Of a stretch of DNA of 64,000 bases, positions 39,531 through 50,271 are shown in pieces. The first letter of the stretch is position 1. The number at the start of each line of letters is the position of its first letter. The stretch comes from an uncultured Gemmatimonadales bacterium (lineage in GTDB: Bacteria; Gemmatimonadota; Gemmatimonadetes; Gemmatimonadales; GWC2-71-9). Under the pieces are notes generated by a model. That model did not search any database. It was not told where the DNA came from and worked only from the letters and a program-made list of their open reading frames with translations. The position numbers were made by a program, and so were the translations under genes. The stretch covers positions 1,032,233 through 1,096,232 of the forward strand of contig CAWGED010000019.1 in the NCBI GenBank assembly GCA_963821525.1, written 5' to 3'.

Positions 39531-40640
39531 TTATGGCTCGAGAAACTTCTGCCCTATCGTAGTTCCCGCCGAGATGAAAGTCTCGTCGCTATTGATCAGG
39601 ATGGCGACGACCAGGCGCTCCTTGGGACACAGCAGCAGGTGCGCGGTGCCTCCCATGCTCCCGCCGGTGTGGCTGATCCATTCCCGCCCGTCCGTGGTTC
39701 GCAGCGTCCCCCAGCCCATGCCGTAATCGGTGGCCTTCCCGTCCGAGGTGCGTTGCGGGGTCCACAGCATCTTCACGGTCGCGGGCTTGAGGAGGGTACC
39801 CTCGAGCATCACCTCTCCAAACTGGGCGAGATCCTCGGTTGTTGAGAGGAAGCCGCCCCCAGCCCACTTGTAACTGTTATCCACGTATCGCGCGTTGAGC
39901 ATCCCGCCGTTGGAATCGGGCCGCTCGTAGAACCGGGCTCGGAACGGAATGAGGCTGTCGGGAAACTCCGCCACGGTGTGGGTCATGCCCGCTGGGCCGA
40001 AAACCCGGTTGGACATGAAGGTGAGGAACGGTTGGCCGCTGGCGCCTTCGATGACCGCGGCAATGAGATTCCACCCATAGGACGAGTAGGAGTACTTGGT
40101 GCCCGGCTGGAAGAGGAGCGTATCGTCCTGAAAAATCTTGAGGCCCTCGAGCACCGTCGCATAGTGCTTCTGGTTCTCGAACTCGCCCTCCTTGTAGTGC
40201 CGGATCCCCGCGAGGTGACCCGCCAGTTGACGGGTGGTAATGGGCCACGGTTTCTGGGGGAACGAAGGCACGTATTTCTGGATTGGCGCGTCGAGGTCGA
40301 GCTTGTGCTCCTCCACCAGCAGGCCCAGAGCGGCAGAAGTGAGCGGCTTTGAAACACTGCCGACCCGGAAGCGGGTAAGCGGCGTCGCCGGAACCTGCTG
40401 TTCCAGATCAGCCATGCCGAAGCCTTCGCTCCAGATCACATGGCCATCCTTGACGACGGTGATCGAGGCTCCGGGTGCGCCGAGGACGCGCATCGTGTCG
40501 CGAATGAACTGCCGGGTCCACTCGATTGCCTTCTCATAGCGGACGGGGGCTCCCATGACGGCGGGAACCGGCGCCGGCGTTTGAGCCACGGCAGGAGAGG
40601 CAACGCAAAGCAGTCCCAACCATAGAATCGGGCGACGCAT
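39531..40640 (-). CDS. serine hydrolase, beta-lactamase class C-like family
   Basis: Signal peptide, GSVSK (SxxK), YSS, HTGG. Confidence 0.9.
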   Translation of the reverse strand: MRRPILWLGLLCVASPAVAQTPAPVPAVMGAPVRYEKAIEWTRQFIRDTMRVLGAPGASITVVKDGHVIWSEGFGMADLEQQVPATPLTRFRVGSVSKPLTSAALGLLVEEHKLDLDAPIQKYVPSFPQKPWPITTRQLAGHLAGIRHYKEGEFENQKHYATVLEGLKIFQDDTLLFQPGTKYSYSSYGWNLIAAVIEGASGQPFLTFMSNRVFGPAGMTHTVAEFPDSLIPFRARFYERPDSNGGMLNARYVDNSYKWAGGGFLSTTEDLAQFGEVMLEGTLLKPATVKMLWTPQRTSDGKATDYGMGWGTLRTTDGREWISHTGGSMGGTAHLLLCPKERLVVAILINSDETFISAGTTIGQKFLEP

Positions 40641-40677
40641 CAGGGCTCCCGGATGGACTTGTACTCGGAGACTTCCG

Positions 40678-43143
40678 TTAGACCACGAGATTCAGCAGGC
40701 GGTTCGGAACGTAGATGACCTTTCGCAGGGGCTTGTTGTCCACGAAGCGCGCGGTAGTCGGATCCTTCAGCGCGATTGCCACGACAGCCTTCTCCTCGGC
40801 GCCCTGAGGGATGCGGATCTTCGACCGGGTCTTTCCGTTGACCTGAACCGGGATCTCGATCTCATCCTCGACGATGAGACGGTCTTCCCAGACGGGCCAG
40901 CGAGCCTCGAACACCGACGCACCATGGCCCAGCCGCTCCCATGACTCCTCCGCGAAGTGCGGCGCGTAGGGGGCGAGCATGATCACCAGGTCTTCGATGA
41001 TCGCGAGCGAGTGCGACTCTGCCTCCTTCATCGCGTTCACCAGCTCCATGAGAGCGGAAATCGCGGTGTTGTAGTGCAGCGCCTCGAGATCTTCGGTCAC
41101 CTTCCGCTTGGTCCGATGCCAGCGGGCGACCAGATCCCTGGGCAGCTCCGTTTCGATCGCGGCGCTGCCCACCAACCCCCAGACCCGATCGAGGAAGCGA
41201 CGCGGACCGTTGATGCCGGCGTCGCGGAAGTCGCCTCCCTCCTGGAAGGGCCCCAGGAACATGAGGTACATCCGGAAGGTGTCGGCTCCCCACTGGGAGA
41301 TGTACTGGTCGGGCACCACGATGTTGCCTTTGGTCTTCGACATCTTGGCCCCGTCCTTCACGATCAGGCCATGAGCCCGGAACCGGGCGAACGGCTCCTC
41401 GAACTGAAGGTGGCCAAGGTCGTGCAGCACCATCGTCATGAAGCGGGAGTAGAGCAGGTGCAGCACCGCGTGCTCGTTGCCGCCGATGTACGTGGTGACC
41501 GGGCACCAGGTCCTGGTCCGGGCCGGATCGAAGGGACGATCCTCGAACTCGGTACTGGGGTAACGCAGGAAGTACCACGACGAATCGAGGAAGGTGTCCG
41601 ACACGTCGGTCTCGCGGCGACCCTTCTTCCCGCACTTGGGGCAGGGGACGTAGTACCACTCGTCATGCCGCGCGAGAGGTGAGATGCCGGAATCGTCGGG
41701 ACGGAAATCCTCAATCGGCGGCAGCAGTACGGGAAGGTCCTTTTCCGGGACCGGTACCGGGCCGCAGTCGTCGCAGTAGATGATGGGGATCGGGGGACCC
41801 CAGTAGCGCTGCCGGGAGATGCACCAGTCATGCAGGCGATACTGGACTCTCCCGCTGCCCTTACCGTTCGCGATCAGCCAGTCGATGATGGCCCGCTTGC
41901 CTTGCTCGGCGGGCAGGCCGTCGAACTGGCCGGAGTTCACCAGCCGGTGTCCTTCTTCGCCGGGCTCAGCCAGCTCCACCGGATTGGCGGCAGATTCGCC
42001 TTCCTTGGCCAGCACTCTCACGATCTCGAGTCCATACTTCTTCGCGAACTCGAAGTCCCGCTCATCGTGAGCCGGCACCGCCATGATGGCGCCCGTCCCA
42101 TACTCCATCAGGACGTAGTCGGCGATCCACACAGGCACCGGTTTCCCGGTGGCGGGGTTTATCGCGGATGAACCGAGGAAGACACCGGTCTTCTCCCGGT
42201 CTCCCACCTTGCGACTCACCAGGTCCTTCCCCGCAGCCGCCTTTACGTAGGCCTCGACCTCGGCCTTCCGATCAGGGGTGGTGAGATGCCTGACCATGGG
42301 ATGCTCGGGCGCCAGCACCATGAAGGTGGCGCCGAAGAGAGTGTCAGGGCGGGTGGTAAAAACCGTGATTGCGAGTGGCGTGGAGGCGACGGGCGACGGG
42401 GCGACGGGTCTGCTATCACCTGTCGTTACCGGAAATGCGATCTCCGCCCCTTCCGAGCGGCCGATCCAGTTCCGCTGCGCGGTCCGCGTCGTCTCCGACC
42501 AGTCGATCGTGTCCAGGTTCTTCAGCAGCCGTTCGGCGTACTCGGTGATCCGGAAAAACCACTGCTCCAGGAATCGCTGCTCGACCAGCGCCCCGCAGCG
42601 TTCGCAGCGCCCGTTCTCGACCTGTTCGTTGGCGAGCACCGTCTTGTCGTTGGGGCACCAGTTGACGGCCGCGCGCTTCTTGTAGGCCTTGCCCGCCTTG
42701 AAGAGCTGCAGGAAGAGCCACTGGGTCCACTTGTAGTAGTCGGGATCGGTGGTGGAGACCTCGTGACGCCAATCGAACATCCCGCCGATCCGCTCCAGCT
42801 GGCGCCGGAAATTCGCGATATTCTGGGGAATCAGCTTGGCCGGATGAATCCCGATCTTGATCGCGTGATTCTCGCTGTGGATGCCGAAGGCATCGAACCC
42901 GATCGGTTCGAATACGTCGTAACCCTGCAGCCGCTTGAACCGCCCGAACACGTCGCTGCCGGTGAAGGCGAACATGTTCCCCACGTGCAGTCCTTCCGCC
43001 GAGGGGTAGGGGAACATCATCAGGTTGAAGAAGGGCGTAGCCGGATGGTCGAGATCGGGCTGGTTGGTGCCCTTCTCGGCCCACCGGGCACGCCACTTGG
43101 CCTCGACGACGTCGGGCTGGTAGGTCGGTGCGTCTACGGTCAT
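40678..43143 (-). CDS. leuS: leucine--tRNA ligase
   Basis: [56 protein letters not shown]. Confidence 0.97.
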   Translation of the reverse strand: MTVDAPTYQPDVVEAKWRARWAEKGTNQPDLDHPATPFFNLMMFPYPSAEGLHVGNMFAFTGSDVFGRFKRLQGYDVFEPIGFDAFGIHSENHAIKIGIHPAKLIPQNIANFRRQLERIGGMFDWRHEVSTTDPDYYKWTQWLFLQLFKAGKAYKKRAAVNWCPNDKTVLANEQVENGRCERCGALVEQRFLEQWFFRITEYAERLLKNLDTIDWSETTRTAQRNWIGRSEGAEIAFPVTTGDSRPVAPSPVASTPLAITVFTTRPDTLFGATFMVLAPEHPMVRHLTTPDRKAEVEAYVKAAAGKDLVSRKVGDREKTGVFLGSSAINPATGKPVPVWIADYVLMEYGTGAIMAVPAHDERDFEFAKKYGLEIVRVLAKEGESAANPVELAEPGEEGHRLVNSGQFDGLPAEQGKRAIIDWLIANGKGSGRVQYRLHDWCISRQRYWGPPIPIIYCDDCGPVPVPEKDLPVLLPPIEDFRPDDSGISPLARHDEWYYVPCPKCGKKGRRETDVSDTFLDSSWYFLRYPSTEFEDRPFDPARTRTWCPVTTYIGGNEHAVLHLLYSRFMTMVLHDLGHLQFEEPFARFRAHGLIVKDGAKMSKTKGNIVVPDQYISQWGADTFRMYLMFLGPFQEGGDFRDAGINGPRRFLDRVWGLVGSAAIETELPRDLVARWHRTKRKVTEDLEALHYNTAISALMELVNAMKEAESHSLAIIEDLVIMLAPYAPHFAEESWERLGHGASVFEARWPVWEDRLIVEDEIEIPVQVNGKTRSKIRIPQGAEEKAVVAIALKDPTTARFVDNKPLRKVIYVPNRLLNLVV
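42377..42408 (+). repeat. GGCGACG heptamer tract inserted in frame in leuS
   Basis: GGCGTGGA GGCGACG GGCGACG G GGCGACG, encoding [11 protein letters not shown]. Confidence 0.7.
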
Positions 43144-43161
43144 AGGGGCGGGAATTTACGC

Positions 43162-43210
43162 GGGAGAGGGGAGACGGGAGAAGGGAGACCTTTCCCTTTC
43201 CCCCCTCCCT
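43162..43210. repeat. GGGAGAN heptamer x4 followed by a pyrimidine tract, between divergent leuS and MCP
   Basis: GGGAGAG GGGAGAC GGGAGAA GGGAGAC CTTTCCC TTTCCCC. Confidence 0.7.
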
Positions 43211-43255
43211 GCCCTAACTTCCCCACCTCTCACCACTTACATCGCACGGAACTCT

Positions 43256-44557
43256 ATGGCCATTGCGCGCCAGACGTTTATCCGCAACCTGCATCAGGTC
43301 GGGCTGTTGACCGTGGCAGCGCTGGGGATCGCCGACGCGGGGATTCTCTGGGTTCTGCTGCGCGGCGTGTCTGGCTTCAGTCCGTCCCAGGTCATCATCC
43401 TGGCCACCGCGGCGATCGTGATACTGGGAACCCTGGTGATGCTGTTCCTGGTCAGCTGGCTTACCCGGGTGATTCTCCGGCCGGTATCCAACGCGGCCGC
43501 CGTAGCCGGCCGAGTCGCCGCGGGCGATCTCACCGCCCCTGAGTTCATCGCGCCGGGTGGCGCCAGTCAGGTGGACGCCCTCACCAACGCCGTCTCTGCG
43601 ATGGTTACCGAGCTCCGGAGCCTGGTCGGTGCAATCCGGGGGAACGCGCAGGATGCAGCCGCCATGGCGCAGGAGATTTCCAGCGCGACTGAAGAGATGA
43701 GCGCGTCTACCGAAGAGGTGTCGGGCACCTGCAACGATCTCACCGATCGGGCTACCCGGCAGGCGACACTGGTTCGGGCAGCGGCGGAAGACGCGGCCAA
43801 GATCCTCGCGATCGCGGAGGAGTTGGCCGCCAGCGCACTGGGGTCCGCCGAGCGCAATGCGGCGCTGGCCGAGCTGGCTCGGTCTCATAGAGAACAGCTG
43901 GACGAAAGCTCCGCCGAGCTGCAGCGGCTCGCGGAGGAGGTTGAGCGCGGCGCCGAGGAGGCGACGGCGCTCGCGGCAGCCAGCGAAGAGATCGGGAAGT
44001 TCGTGACTCAGACGAAGGCCATCGCGCGGCAGACCCACATGCTGGCGCTCAACGCGGGAATCGAAGCCGCGCGGGCCGGCGAGGAAGGGCGGGGCTTCGC
44101 GGTGGTGGCGGAAGAAGTGCGAAAGCTGGCGGGTCAGGCAGCGCAGGCCGCCACTTCGACCAGCGATACGGTACGCGCCGTACAGACACGGGTCGAGGTG
44201 GCGCGGGACCGGCTGCTCCGTCTCGCCAAGGGAGGCCAAGCCGCACGGGAGGCCGCGGACACTGCGGCGCGGGGCCTATCGCGGGTTGCCAGCGATGCCG
44301 AAGCGAACGACAGCTGGACTCGGCAAATCTCCAAATCGGCGGACGAAGTTCGCGGGTTGATCGGCGGAATCGTCGGCAGAATGTCGGAAGTGTCCGGGGG
44401 CACCGAGGACGTGGCCGCGGCCGCCGAGGAGATCGCCGCTTCGTCTCAGGAGCTGAGCGCTTCGACCACCGAGATCGCCAATTCGGCACAGCAACTGGCG
44501 CACGCCGCGCAGGCGCTCTTTGGAGAGGTCAGCCGATTCAAGGTTGAAGCGCACTGA
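43256..44557 (+). CDS. methyl-accepting chemotaxis protein
   Basis: Two TMs, [41 protein letters not shown]. Confidence 0.93.
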   Translation: MAIARQTFIRNLHQVGLLTVAALGIADAGILWVLLRGVSGFSPSQVIILATAAIVILGTLVMLFLVSWLTRVILRPVSNAAAVAGRVAAGDLTAPEFIAPGGASQVDALTNAVSAMVTELRSLVGAIRGNAQDAAAMAQEISSATEEMSASTEEVSGTCNDLTDRATRQATLVRAAAEDAAKILAIAEELAASALGSAERNAALAELARSHREQLDESSAELQRLAEEVERGAEEATALAAASEEIGKFVTQTKAIARQTHMLALNAGIEAARAGEEGRGFAVVAEEVRKLAGQAAQAATSTSDTVRAVQTRVEVARDRLLRLAKGGQAAREAADTAARGLSRVASDAEANDSWTRQISKSADEVRGLIGGIVGRMSEVSGGTEDVAAAAEEIAASSQELSASTTEIANSAQQLAHAAQALFGEVSRFKVEAH

Positions 44558-45185
44558 CGATCCTGGCCTGAATCGCATCGAAGGATTCGGGCAGCGGATC
44601 GAGAGTAGCTCCTGCCGCAGCCGCTTCATGGTGGGTGACCAAGTCCAGAGCCAGCCCCCGCCCGGGCATGGACTCGGCCCGCTGCAACGCCCCGGCTGAA
44701 GCGGCTCCCATCACCAGCCACGAGGGAATCGGACTCCCGCCTTCGCCCCCCGCGAATACCAGATCGAGTCCCCACTGGTCGGCCTGAACCGGAGAACGTC
44801 CCACCGAGGCGGTGACGTCGGCGATGAACAGCGCGCCGTTACGCCGAACAACCGGGGCGAGATCCGCCAGCGGCATCAGTTCGTCCTGTTCATCTTCCTG
44901 CTGGACCACGGCGACTGCTTCGAACGCCGGGCTCCGAAGAAACCGATCCAGCCACTCGGGTCGCATTGCCTGCCCCGGCGATACGCAGGCCCGGGCGACC
45001 TCCCTTCCACACGCCTCTCCAATTCTCGCGTAGTGCTCGGCGCGACTTCCTGCGACAACCATGAGCATGCGCTGACGGACCAGGCTCCGCACCGCCAGCT
45101 CCATGAAGCGATCGACCGCACCCGGCAGGAGGATAACGGGCTGGGAGGTGCCGAGTAGCTCTCCGAACTTCGAGGTGGAGGTCAC
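44538..45185 (-). CDS. degenerate, truncated class V aminotransferase-like protein
   Basis: [10 protein letters not shown]...DQWGLDLV resembles AGT/class V, but the SQK lysine motif reads GEG; about 215 aa; GTGA coupling. Confidence 0.65.
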   Translation of the reverse strand: MTSTSKFGELLGTSQPVILLPGAVDRFMELAVRSLVRQRMLMVVAGSRAEHYARIGEACGREVARACVSPGQAMRPEWLDRFLRSPAFEAVAVVQQEDEQDELMPLADLAPVVRRNGALFIADVTASVGRSPVQADQWGLDLVFAGGEGGSPIPSWLVMGAASAGALQRAESMPGRGLALDLVTHHEAAAAGATLDPLPESFDAIQARIVSALQP

Positions 45186-45844
45186 GCGGGCTCGAGCCAG
45201 GTGTCCAGCGTCCCTTCCGATACGATCTCCTCGGCTTTGACCAGCCGCACCCCCGCGTCTCCCCAATCCCGGAGCGCGTGCTCGCCCAACTCATAGCGTA
45301 CCGCCTTTACGGCGTCGGTGACCACGAAGAGGCGAGCGTGGGGACGGCGAGCCAGCCAGCCCTCGACGACGTGGCGGACACAGATCTCGAGCGGAAGCCC
45401 GTAAACCACCACAGCCTCGGGATCGAACGCGCGAACCACGGTATCGGTGTTGGGGTTGCTGAACACGTCGAAGTGACGCTTCAGAATCAACAAGTCGCCG
45501 GAGTGACGGCTCAGCCCGAGCCGCAGGACCTCGGGCTCCTGCCGTTCGAAGCCGATTGCCAGCGCATCGCGGAGCGTTGTCTCCGGGATCTTCTGCTGTC
45601 CCGGCGTTCCCCGGACACAGTGTGGCGGCCAGGTTGTTTCGAAGTCGGGCTGATCGCTGAACTCGGCATCGCCGGGGAGATGTTCCTCGGCGCTGGCGAC
45701 GATGCGAATCCCGTTGGCGCGGGCGTAATCGGTGAGCGCGGCCAGGCGGGGCACGATCGCCTCGGCCCGGGGGACGTGCAGCTTCCCGTCGGGAGAGATG
45801 AAGTCGTATTGGGTATCAACATCCCAGAAAAGGAGTCGGTTCAC
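45182..45844 (-). CDS. pncA: cysteine hydrolase / nicotinamidase family
   Basis: DVDTQYDF..PDGKL, WPPHCV.GT.G, K..FDVF, EICV, DAV. Confidence 0.82.
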   Translation of the reverse strand: MNRLLFWDVDTQYDFISPDGKLHVPRAEAIVPRLAALTDYARANGIRIVASAEEHLPGDAEFSDQPDFETTWPPHCVRGTPGQQKIPETTLRDALAIGFERQEPEVLRLGLSRHSGDLLILKRHFDVFSNPNTDTVVRAFDPEAVVVYGLPLEICVRHVVEGWLARRPHARLFVVTDAVKAVRYELGEHALRDWGDAGVRLVKAEEIVSEGTLDTWLEPA

Positions 45845-46515
45845 GGTGGGGTACTGTCCTCCTCCGATGCGGCGCCAAACTTTTCGCGCCGGAACTGGTT
45901 CAGCGTCCGCCGCAGCTGGCGGGCTCCGCCGACGGTTGGATACAAGTCAATCAAGCGGCGCAACTCGGTCATGGCCCGACCCGGATCGGCCAGTCTGCGG
46001 TCGTAGAGCTCGACAAGGGCGAGGCCGATCTTGATGTCGTCCGCCGGCCGCAGCTGGCGGGTGTCGCGATAGTTGTGCAGCTCGAGTACCGCCATCCCGG
46101 GATTGGAAAGCGGCCCTGCGAGAATCGCGGCGCGCCGCACCAGGGCTTCCGCGTCGCCGTTCTCCCGTCGTGAACGCTCCAGGTACTCGCCGGCGGCCGC
46201 ATCGTACAGCCCCCGCGCTGCCAGCGTCTCGATGCTCGCGTAACTCGCCCGGTACCGGACGAGCCCGGCGTTCTGCAGGATCTCGGCGCACAAATCGGTC
46301 ATCGGTTCCAGGAAGCCGTCGAGCAGGCCGAACACCAGGCCGTAGATCGCCCAGAAGGCGCCGAGCAGGAGAACCGCACGAGGGGTGACTCCGGTGACCC
46401 ACAGCAATAGTGCGACGAGAGTCGCGAAGAGCAGAATCCCGCCGGCAGCGAGCCGGAGAAGACGGAAGGGATCCTGATCCTTGCTCGCGACGCGGGCGGA
46501 GAGCAGCGGAAGCAT
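45841..46515 (-). CDS. membrane protein with TPR-like C-terminus
   Basis: Two TMs followed by helical repeats; GTGA coupling to the downstream gene. Confidence 0.7.
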   Translation of the reverse strand: MLPLLSARVASKDQDPFRLLRLAAGGILLFATLVALLLWVTGVTPRAVLLLGAFWAIYGLVFGLLDGFLEPMTDLCAEILQNAGLVRYRASYASIETLAARGLYDAAAGEYLERSRRENGDAEALVRRAAILAGPLSNPGMAVLELHNYRDTRQLRPADDIKIGLALVELYDRRLADPGRAMTELRRLIDLYPTVGGARQLRRTLNQFRREKFGAASEEDSTPP

Positions 46516-46655
46516 GCCGATGGCTGGCACAACTTAGGAGCGACGGGAGTGGTCGGCAAGCTTGCATTGAACGTCTCCGGCCCCGCGTTGTCGGCGATGA
46601 ACAGAGGGCAGTACCTTATAATCCAGCACCGTCTCCCCTGTCCCACGGAGAGTTC

Positions 46656-47690
46656 GTGTCCGAGAGCGTTTCCCGGCGAGATTTCCTCGCCGCCTCCACC
46701 GCTATGCTCGCGCTCGGCCATGCACCGTCCACATTTCCAGGAGACGGGCCTCCCGCGATTCTTCGGGCTCGCGCCGCGCCGACGGTGGCAGTCTCCTCGT
46801 TTAACGGGCTAGCGGCTATTGCCAGGGCGGTCGAGCTGGCCGATTCCGGCGCCGACTCGCTCGACGCAGTGGTGGAGGGAATCAAGCTGCAGGAGCTCGA
46901 TCCGGAGGATGAATCGGCCGGTTACGGTGGGCTGCCCAACGAGGAAGGCGTCGTACAGCTCGACGCATCGTGCATCCACGGTCCTACCGGCCGGGCCGGA
47001 GCGGTCGCAGCGCTGGAGGGGATCAGGACGCCGAGTGAGGTGGCCAAGCTGGTCCTCAAGTACACGAACCACACCCTGCTGGTCGGCCAGGGAGCGAAGC
47101 GGTTCGCGCTGTCCTACGGGTTCAAGGAGGAGGACCTGCTGACCGAGCGGTCGCGGCGAAAGTGGCTCACGTGGCGGGCGAATCACGACGCACATGACGA
47201 CTGGACCGAGGATGGGATGCTTGCGTCCGGGTCTCCTGGAGCCGTCTATCTCAGCGTGGTGAATACAGCTGGGGACATCGCATCCGCAACCAGCGCCAGT
47301 GGTCCGGCATGGAAGGCGCCCGGCTGTGCCGGGACCTCGCCTGTTGCTGGAGCGGTTCAATACGTGGACAACGACGTGGGTGCCGCAGGGTCGAGCGGCT
47401 TGGGAGAACCCGGCATGATGGAGTGCGGCGGCTTCATCACGGTGGAGCACATGCGACGGGGGATGCGGCCCACCGATGCGGCTCTGGAGACGCTGAAACG
47501 CATTGTGGCGAAGGCTCCGGCCCGCTTCCTTATGCGCGGCGGTCTGCCCAGATTCTCGCTCACGCTTTACGCCGTGAACAAACGCGGTGAATTCGGCGCT
47601 GCATCGCTGTATCCGGGCAGGTACGCCGCGCATGATGGGCGGCGAGCGGCGGAACGCGATTCGGCCTACCTCTACGACAAGGCACTCTGA
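46656..47690 (+). CDS. Tat-exported glycosylasparaginase/isoaspartyl peptidase homologue lacking catalytic residues
   Basis: SRRDFL, GYGGLPNEEGVVQLDAS, LLVGQGA. GTI reads GAV and GRVGDSP reads GCAGTSP. Confidence 0.82.
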   Translation: MSESVSRRDFLAASTAMLALGHAPSTFPGDGPPAILRARAAPTVAVSSFNGLAAIARAVELADSGADSLDAVVEGIKLQELDPEDESAGYGGLPNEEGVVQLDASCIHGPTGRAGAVAALEGIRTPSEVAKLVLKYTNHTLLVGQGAKRFALSYGFKEEDLLTERSRRKWLTWRANHDAHDDWTEDGMLASGSPGAVYLSVVNTAGDIASATSASGPAWKAPGCAGTSPVAGAVQYVDNDVGAAGSSGLGEPGMMECGGFITVEHMRRGMRPTDAALETLKRIVAKAPARFLMRGGLPRFSLTLYAVNKRGEFGAASLYPGRYAAHDGRRAAERDSAYLYDKAL

Positions 47691-48838
47691 TGCGGCGTAT
47701 CTCGCGGGCAACACTCTGGGCGGTGGTTGTTTTCGCCGTCCCTCTGGCGGCCCAGGAGAGCAAGAACACCGCCCCATGGAAGGACAGTTTCTACCCGCTG
47801 TTCATTTCGCAGGCCAACGAGTTCCCTATTGTCGTGGTCCACTTCGAGGAGCGGAAGCAGGCCGACTACTTCGCCCGGTCGCCATTCGCCGGCCGGTTCC
47901 AGGTTGACATCGGCGGGGGAACGAAGGGCAGCCATTTCGCGCTGGTCGGATTCGATGCGCCGCTCCTGTGGAAGGACTGGCGATTCGCGGCCCGGGCCGG
48001 AGCGGCGAAGGCCGCGCGCTTCGGCTATTTCGGGCTGGGTAACAACACCAAATTCATAGAAGACTCGGTCGACGACGATACCTCGCCGTTTTTCTATCGC
48101 ATGAAGCGGAATCGTTACTTCGGCTCGGCCGAAATCAGCCGCCATATCCATGGTCCGTTCTATATCGCCGCCGCCGCGGATGTGGAGCACAGCATTCTGA
48201 CCGACCTGCCGGAGAACTCCCTCTTCCGCCAGGACTTCGGGACCGGCGATGTGACCGATACGGATGTCAGGGGCCGGCTCACCCTCGTGCTCGATACCCG
48301 AGACAATGAGTTCGATACCAAGAAGGGCGTCTTCGCGGAGGCGTCGGTGCAGGAAGGAAGCGGCGGCGATGGATACACCCGCTTTACCGGGGCGGTGCGA
48401 GGCTACGTACCGATCCGGGAAGGCACGACCCTCGCCGCGCGAGTCGCCGGGACGGGAATAACCGGTGATCCGCCGCTCAACGCCTTGTTCGAGATCCCGA
48501 TCTGGGGCGTCAACGTAATCCAGGCGGTGGGTGGCGTGAACTCAAACCGGGGTTACGATTTCCAACGACTGACCGGAGAGGACGCTCTCATCTTCAACGC
48601 CGAGATTCGGCACGACTTGCTCAACCTTGGCGATTTCGGCGCATTCACGCTGGTCGGGTTCTTCGATGCCGGCCGCGTGTTCCAGGGCGAGCCGTTCAAA
48701 TTGACCACCGAGGATATGAAAGTCGGGGGCGGAGGCGGGTTGGCGATTCGGGTGCTCCGGTTCACGATCTGGACCTTTAACTTCGCGGGCGGCTCCGACG
48801 GCTTCAAGTTTACCGCTGGAACCGGATGGGCCTTCTAG
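47690..48838 (+). CDS. BamA/TamA (Omp85) family beta-barrel protein without POTRA domains
   Basis: Signal peptide, LDTRDNE, GG..SNRGY, FFDAGRVF, C-terminal GWAF. Confidence 0.85.
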   Translation: MRRISRATLWAVVVFAVPLAAQESKNTAPWKDSFYPLFISQANEFPIVVVHFEERKQADYFARSPFAGRFQVDIGGGTKGSHFALVGFDAPLLWKDWRFAARAGAAKAARFGYFGLGNNTKFIEDSVDDDTSPFFYRMKRNRYFGSAEISRHIHGPFYIAAAADVEHSILTDLPENSLFRQDFGTGDVTDTDVRGRLTLVLDTRDNEFDTKKGVFAEASVQEGSGGDGYTRFTGAVRGYVPIREGTTLAARVAGTGITGDPPLNALFEIPIWGVNVIQAVGGVNSNRGYDFQRLTGEDALIFNAEIRHDLLNLGDFGAFTLVGFFDAGRVFQGEPFKLTTEDMKVGGGGGLAIRVLRFTIWTFNFAGGSDGFKFTAGTGWAF

Positions 48839-48864
48839 TCCGCGAGTCGCAGGATTGGCAGCTT

Positions 48865-49500
48865 ATGACCGCACCACGAAGCCCCCGCGACAGTAAGGCG
48901 ACCCGGGAGCGCCTGCTACGGGCGGCGCTCGATCTCTTCACCACCGACGGGTTCCAGGGGACCACCACCCCGACGCTCGCCTCGCGGGCTGGTATCGCTG
49001 AAGGAACCATCTACCGGCACTTCGCGAGCAAAGAGATCCTCTACAACGAAGCATACCGGGAGAGCCAGCGCTGGCTGGCGGGTTTGGTACGCGAAGTGGA
49101 GCATGAGCGGGGCTCGAAGACGCCGGAGCGACTGGCCCGGCTGGGCCGACGGCTCGTGGTCGCCGCGGCAGAAGATCCGGCCAAGGTCCGGATGGCACTC
49201 ACGCCGCGCGACGCCCGATTCCTTGATGGACACAGCCGAGAGACTGCCCGGGAATTCCGCGAGTCGCTTCAGCACCTGGTGGCGACCGGCAAGTCGGACG
49301 GGCTGGTTCGTGCGGGGCCGGCCGATTTGTGGGGCGCGGTCTGGCTTGCGCTGATCAGCTTCGCGGCGGAACGGGTGAGCTCGAGAGAATGGGCGCCCGA
49401 CCATCCTCAGGTCGGGCAGACGATCGAAGCGGCGTGGGAGGCTATTGCGGCCCGAAGTACGTCAGCTCGCGCGGATGCTCCAGTTGCTTCGACCATCTGA
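48865..49500 (+). CDS. TetR/AcrR family regulator
   Basis: LLRAALDLF..GF...AGIAEGTIYRHFASKE. Confidence 0.92.
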   Translation: MTAPRSPRDSKATRERLLRAALDLFTTDGFQGTTTPTLASRAGIAEGTIYRHFASKEILYNEAYRESQRWLAGLVREVEHERGSKTPERLARLGRRLVVAAAEDPAKVRMALTPRDARFLDGHSRETAREFRESLQHLVATGKSDGLVRAGPADLWGAVWLALISFAAERVSSREWAPDHPQVGQTIEAAWEAIAARSTSARADAPVASTI

Positions 49501-50248
49501 GCGCGCGCGTCATCCCCCCTCCCAGCGGGCGCACGACGAACTGGTCTCCCACGCGATAAGCGACGGAGTCGCTGCCCCAGCGAAGCGGCTCGGTCCCGGC
49601 TGAATCGAGCGGCTGTGACTCGCCGCCCAGACGGATACAAAGACCACCGCCACCCTCGCAGCTGACCACCTCGCCGGCGACGGGGTCACCCACCAGCACC
49701 GCGAGCGCCGAGTCCCCTGCTCCTCGCGCCTGCCCTTCCAATGCAGTGACGGACGGACTCCCTGGAGGAGCAGCGGCGGCCAGGACTCCGGTCGCCATCT
49801 TCACGTAGACCGTTCGAGAGTCAGGAGACCACGCGAGTCCCTCAGGCTCGGCACCGCCCGGCTCGGTCACGCGGCGCTCGGCGCCGTTGATCAGGTTCAT
49901 GACCCAGACCGCGGCGGCGGCGCCGTCTCCCCGAACGAACGCGAGCATGGACCCGTCAGGATTGAGCCGCGGCAGGTGCTCGTTGAGCCGGGTAAAGGTC
50001 ACCTGGAACACCGCACCACCACCAACCGGAGAGGCGAAAAGATCTCCGGTATCACCTTCCCCTTCGGCCGTGAAGACGACGTAGGGCTCCTGGCCGATCT
50101 TGAGCTTGTGGGAGAGGGGTGACAGTGAGCCGGTACAGGCGCGCAATCGGGAAAGAGCGTAAGAGGTGAGAAGTAGAAGTGAGAAGGTGAAAGCGGCGGA
50201 ACCCTGCTCAGCGACGTGCGGGATTGGCGTACCCGTCTCACTGCTCAC
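49442..50248 (-). CDS. TolB-like/PD40 repeat putative lipoprotein
   Basis: PDGSMLAFVR, LAWSPDSRTVY, Cys after a hydrophobic stretch; start uncertain. Confidence 0.7.
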   Translation of the reverse strand: MSSETGTPIPHVAEQGSAAFTFSLLLLTSYALSRLRACTGSLSPLSHKLKIGQEPYVVFTAEGEGDTGDLFASPVGGGAVFQVTFTRLNEHLPRLNPDGSMLAFVRGDGAAAAVWVMNLINGAERRVTEPGGAEPEGLAWSPDSRTVYVKMATGVLAAAAPPGSPSVTALEGQARGAGDSALAVLVGDPVAGEVVSCEGGGGLCIRLGGESQPLDSAGTEPLRWGSDSVAYRVGDQFVVRPLGGGMTRALRWSKQLEHPRELTYFGPQ

Positions 50249-50264
50249 CGCTCACCGCTTACTT
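50159..50264. repeat. two opposed heptamer tracts (GTGAGAA-type and CTCACCG-type)
   Basis: GTAAGAG GTGAGAA GTAGAA GTGAGAA ... CTCACTG CTCACCG CTCACCG CTTACTT. Confidence 0.75.
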
Positions 50265-50271
50265 GCTCTCG

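Noticed and set aside
39531-40640. Bona fide beta-lactamase resistance gene
   Set aside because: SxxK/YSS/HTG pattern fits the broad serine hydrolase family (esterases, peptidases); there is no specific evidence for AmpC
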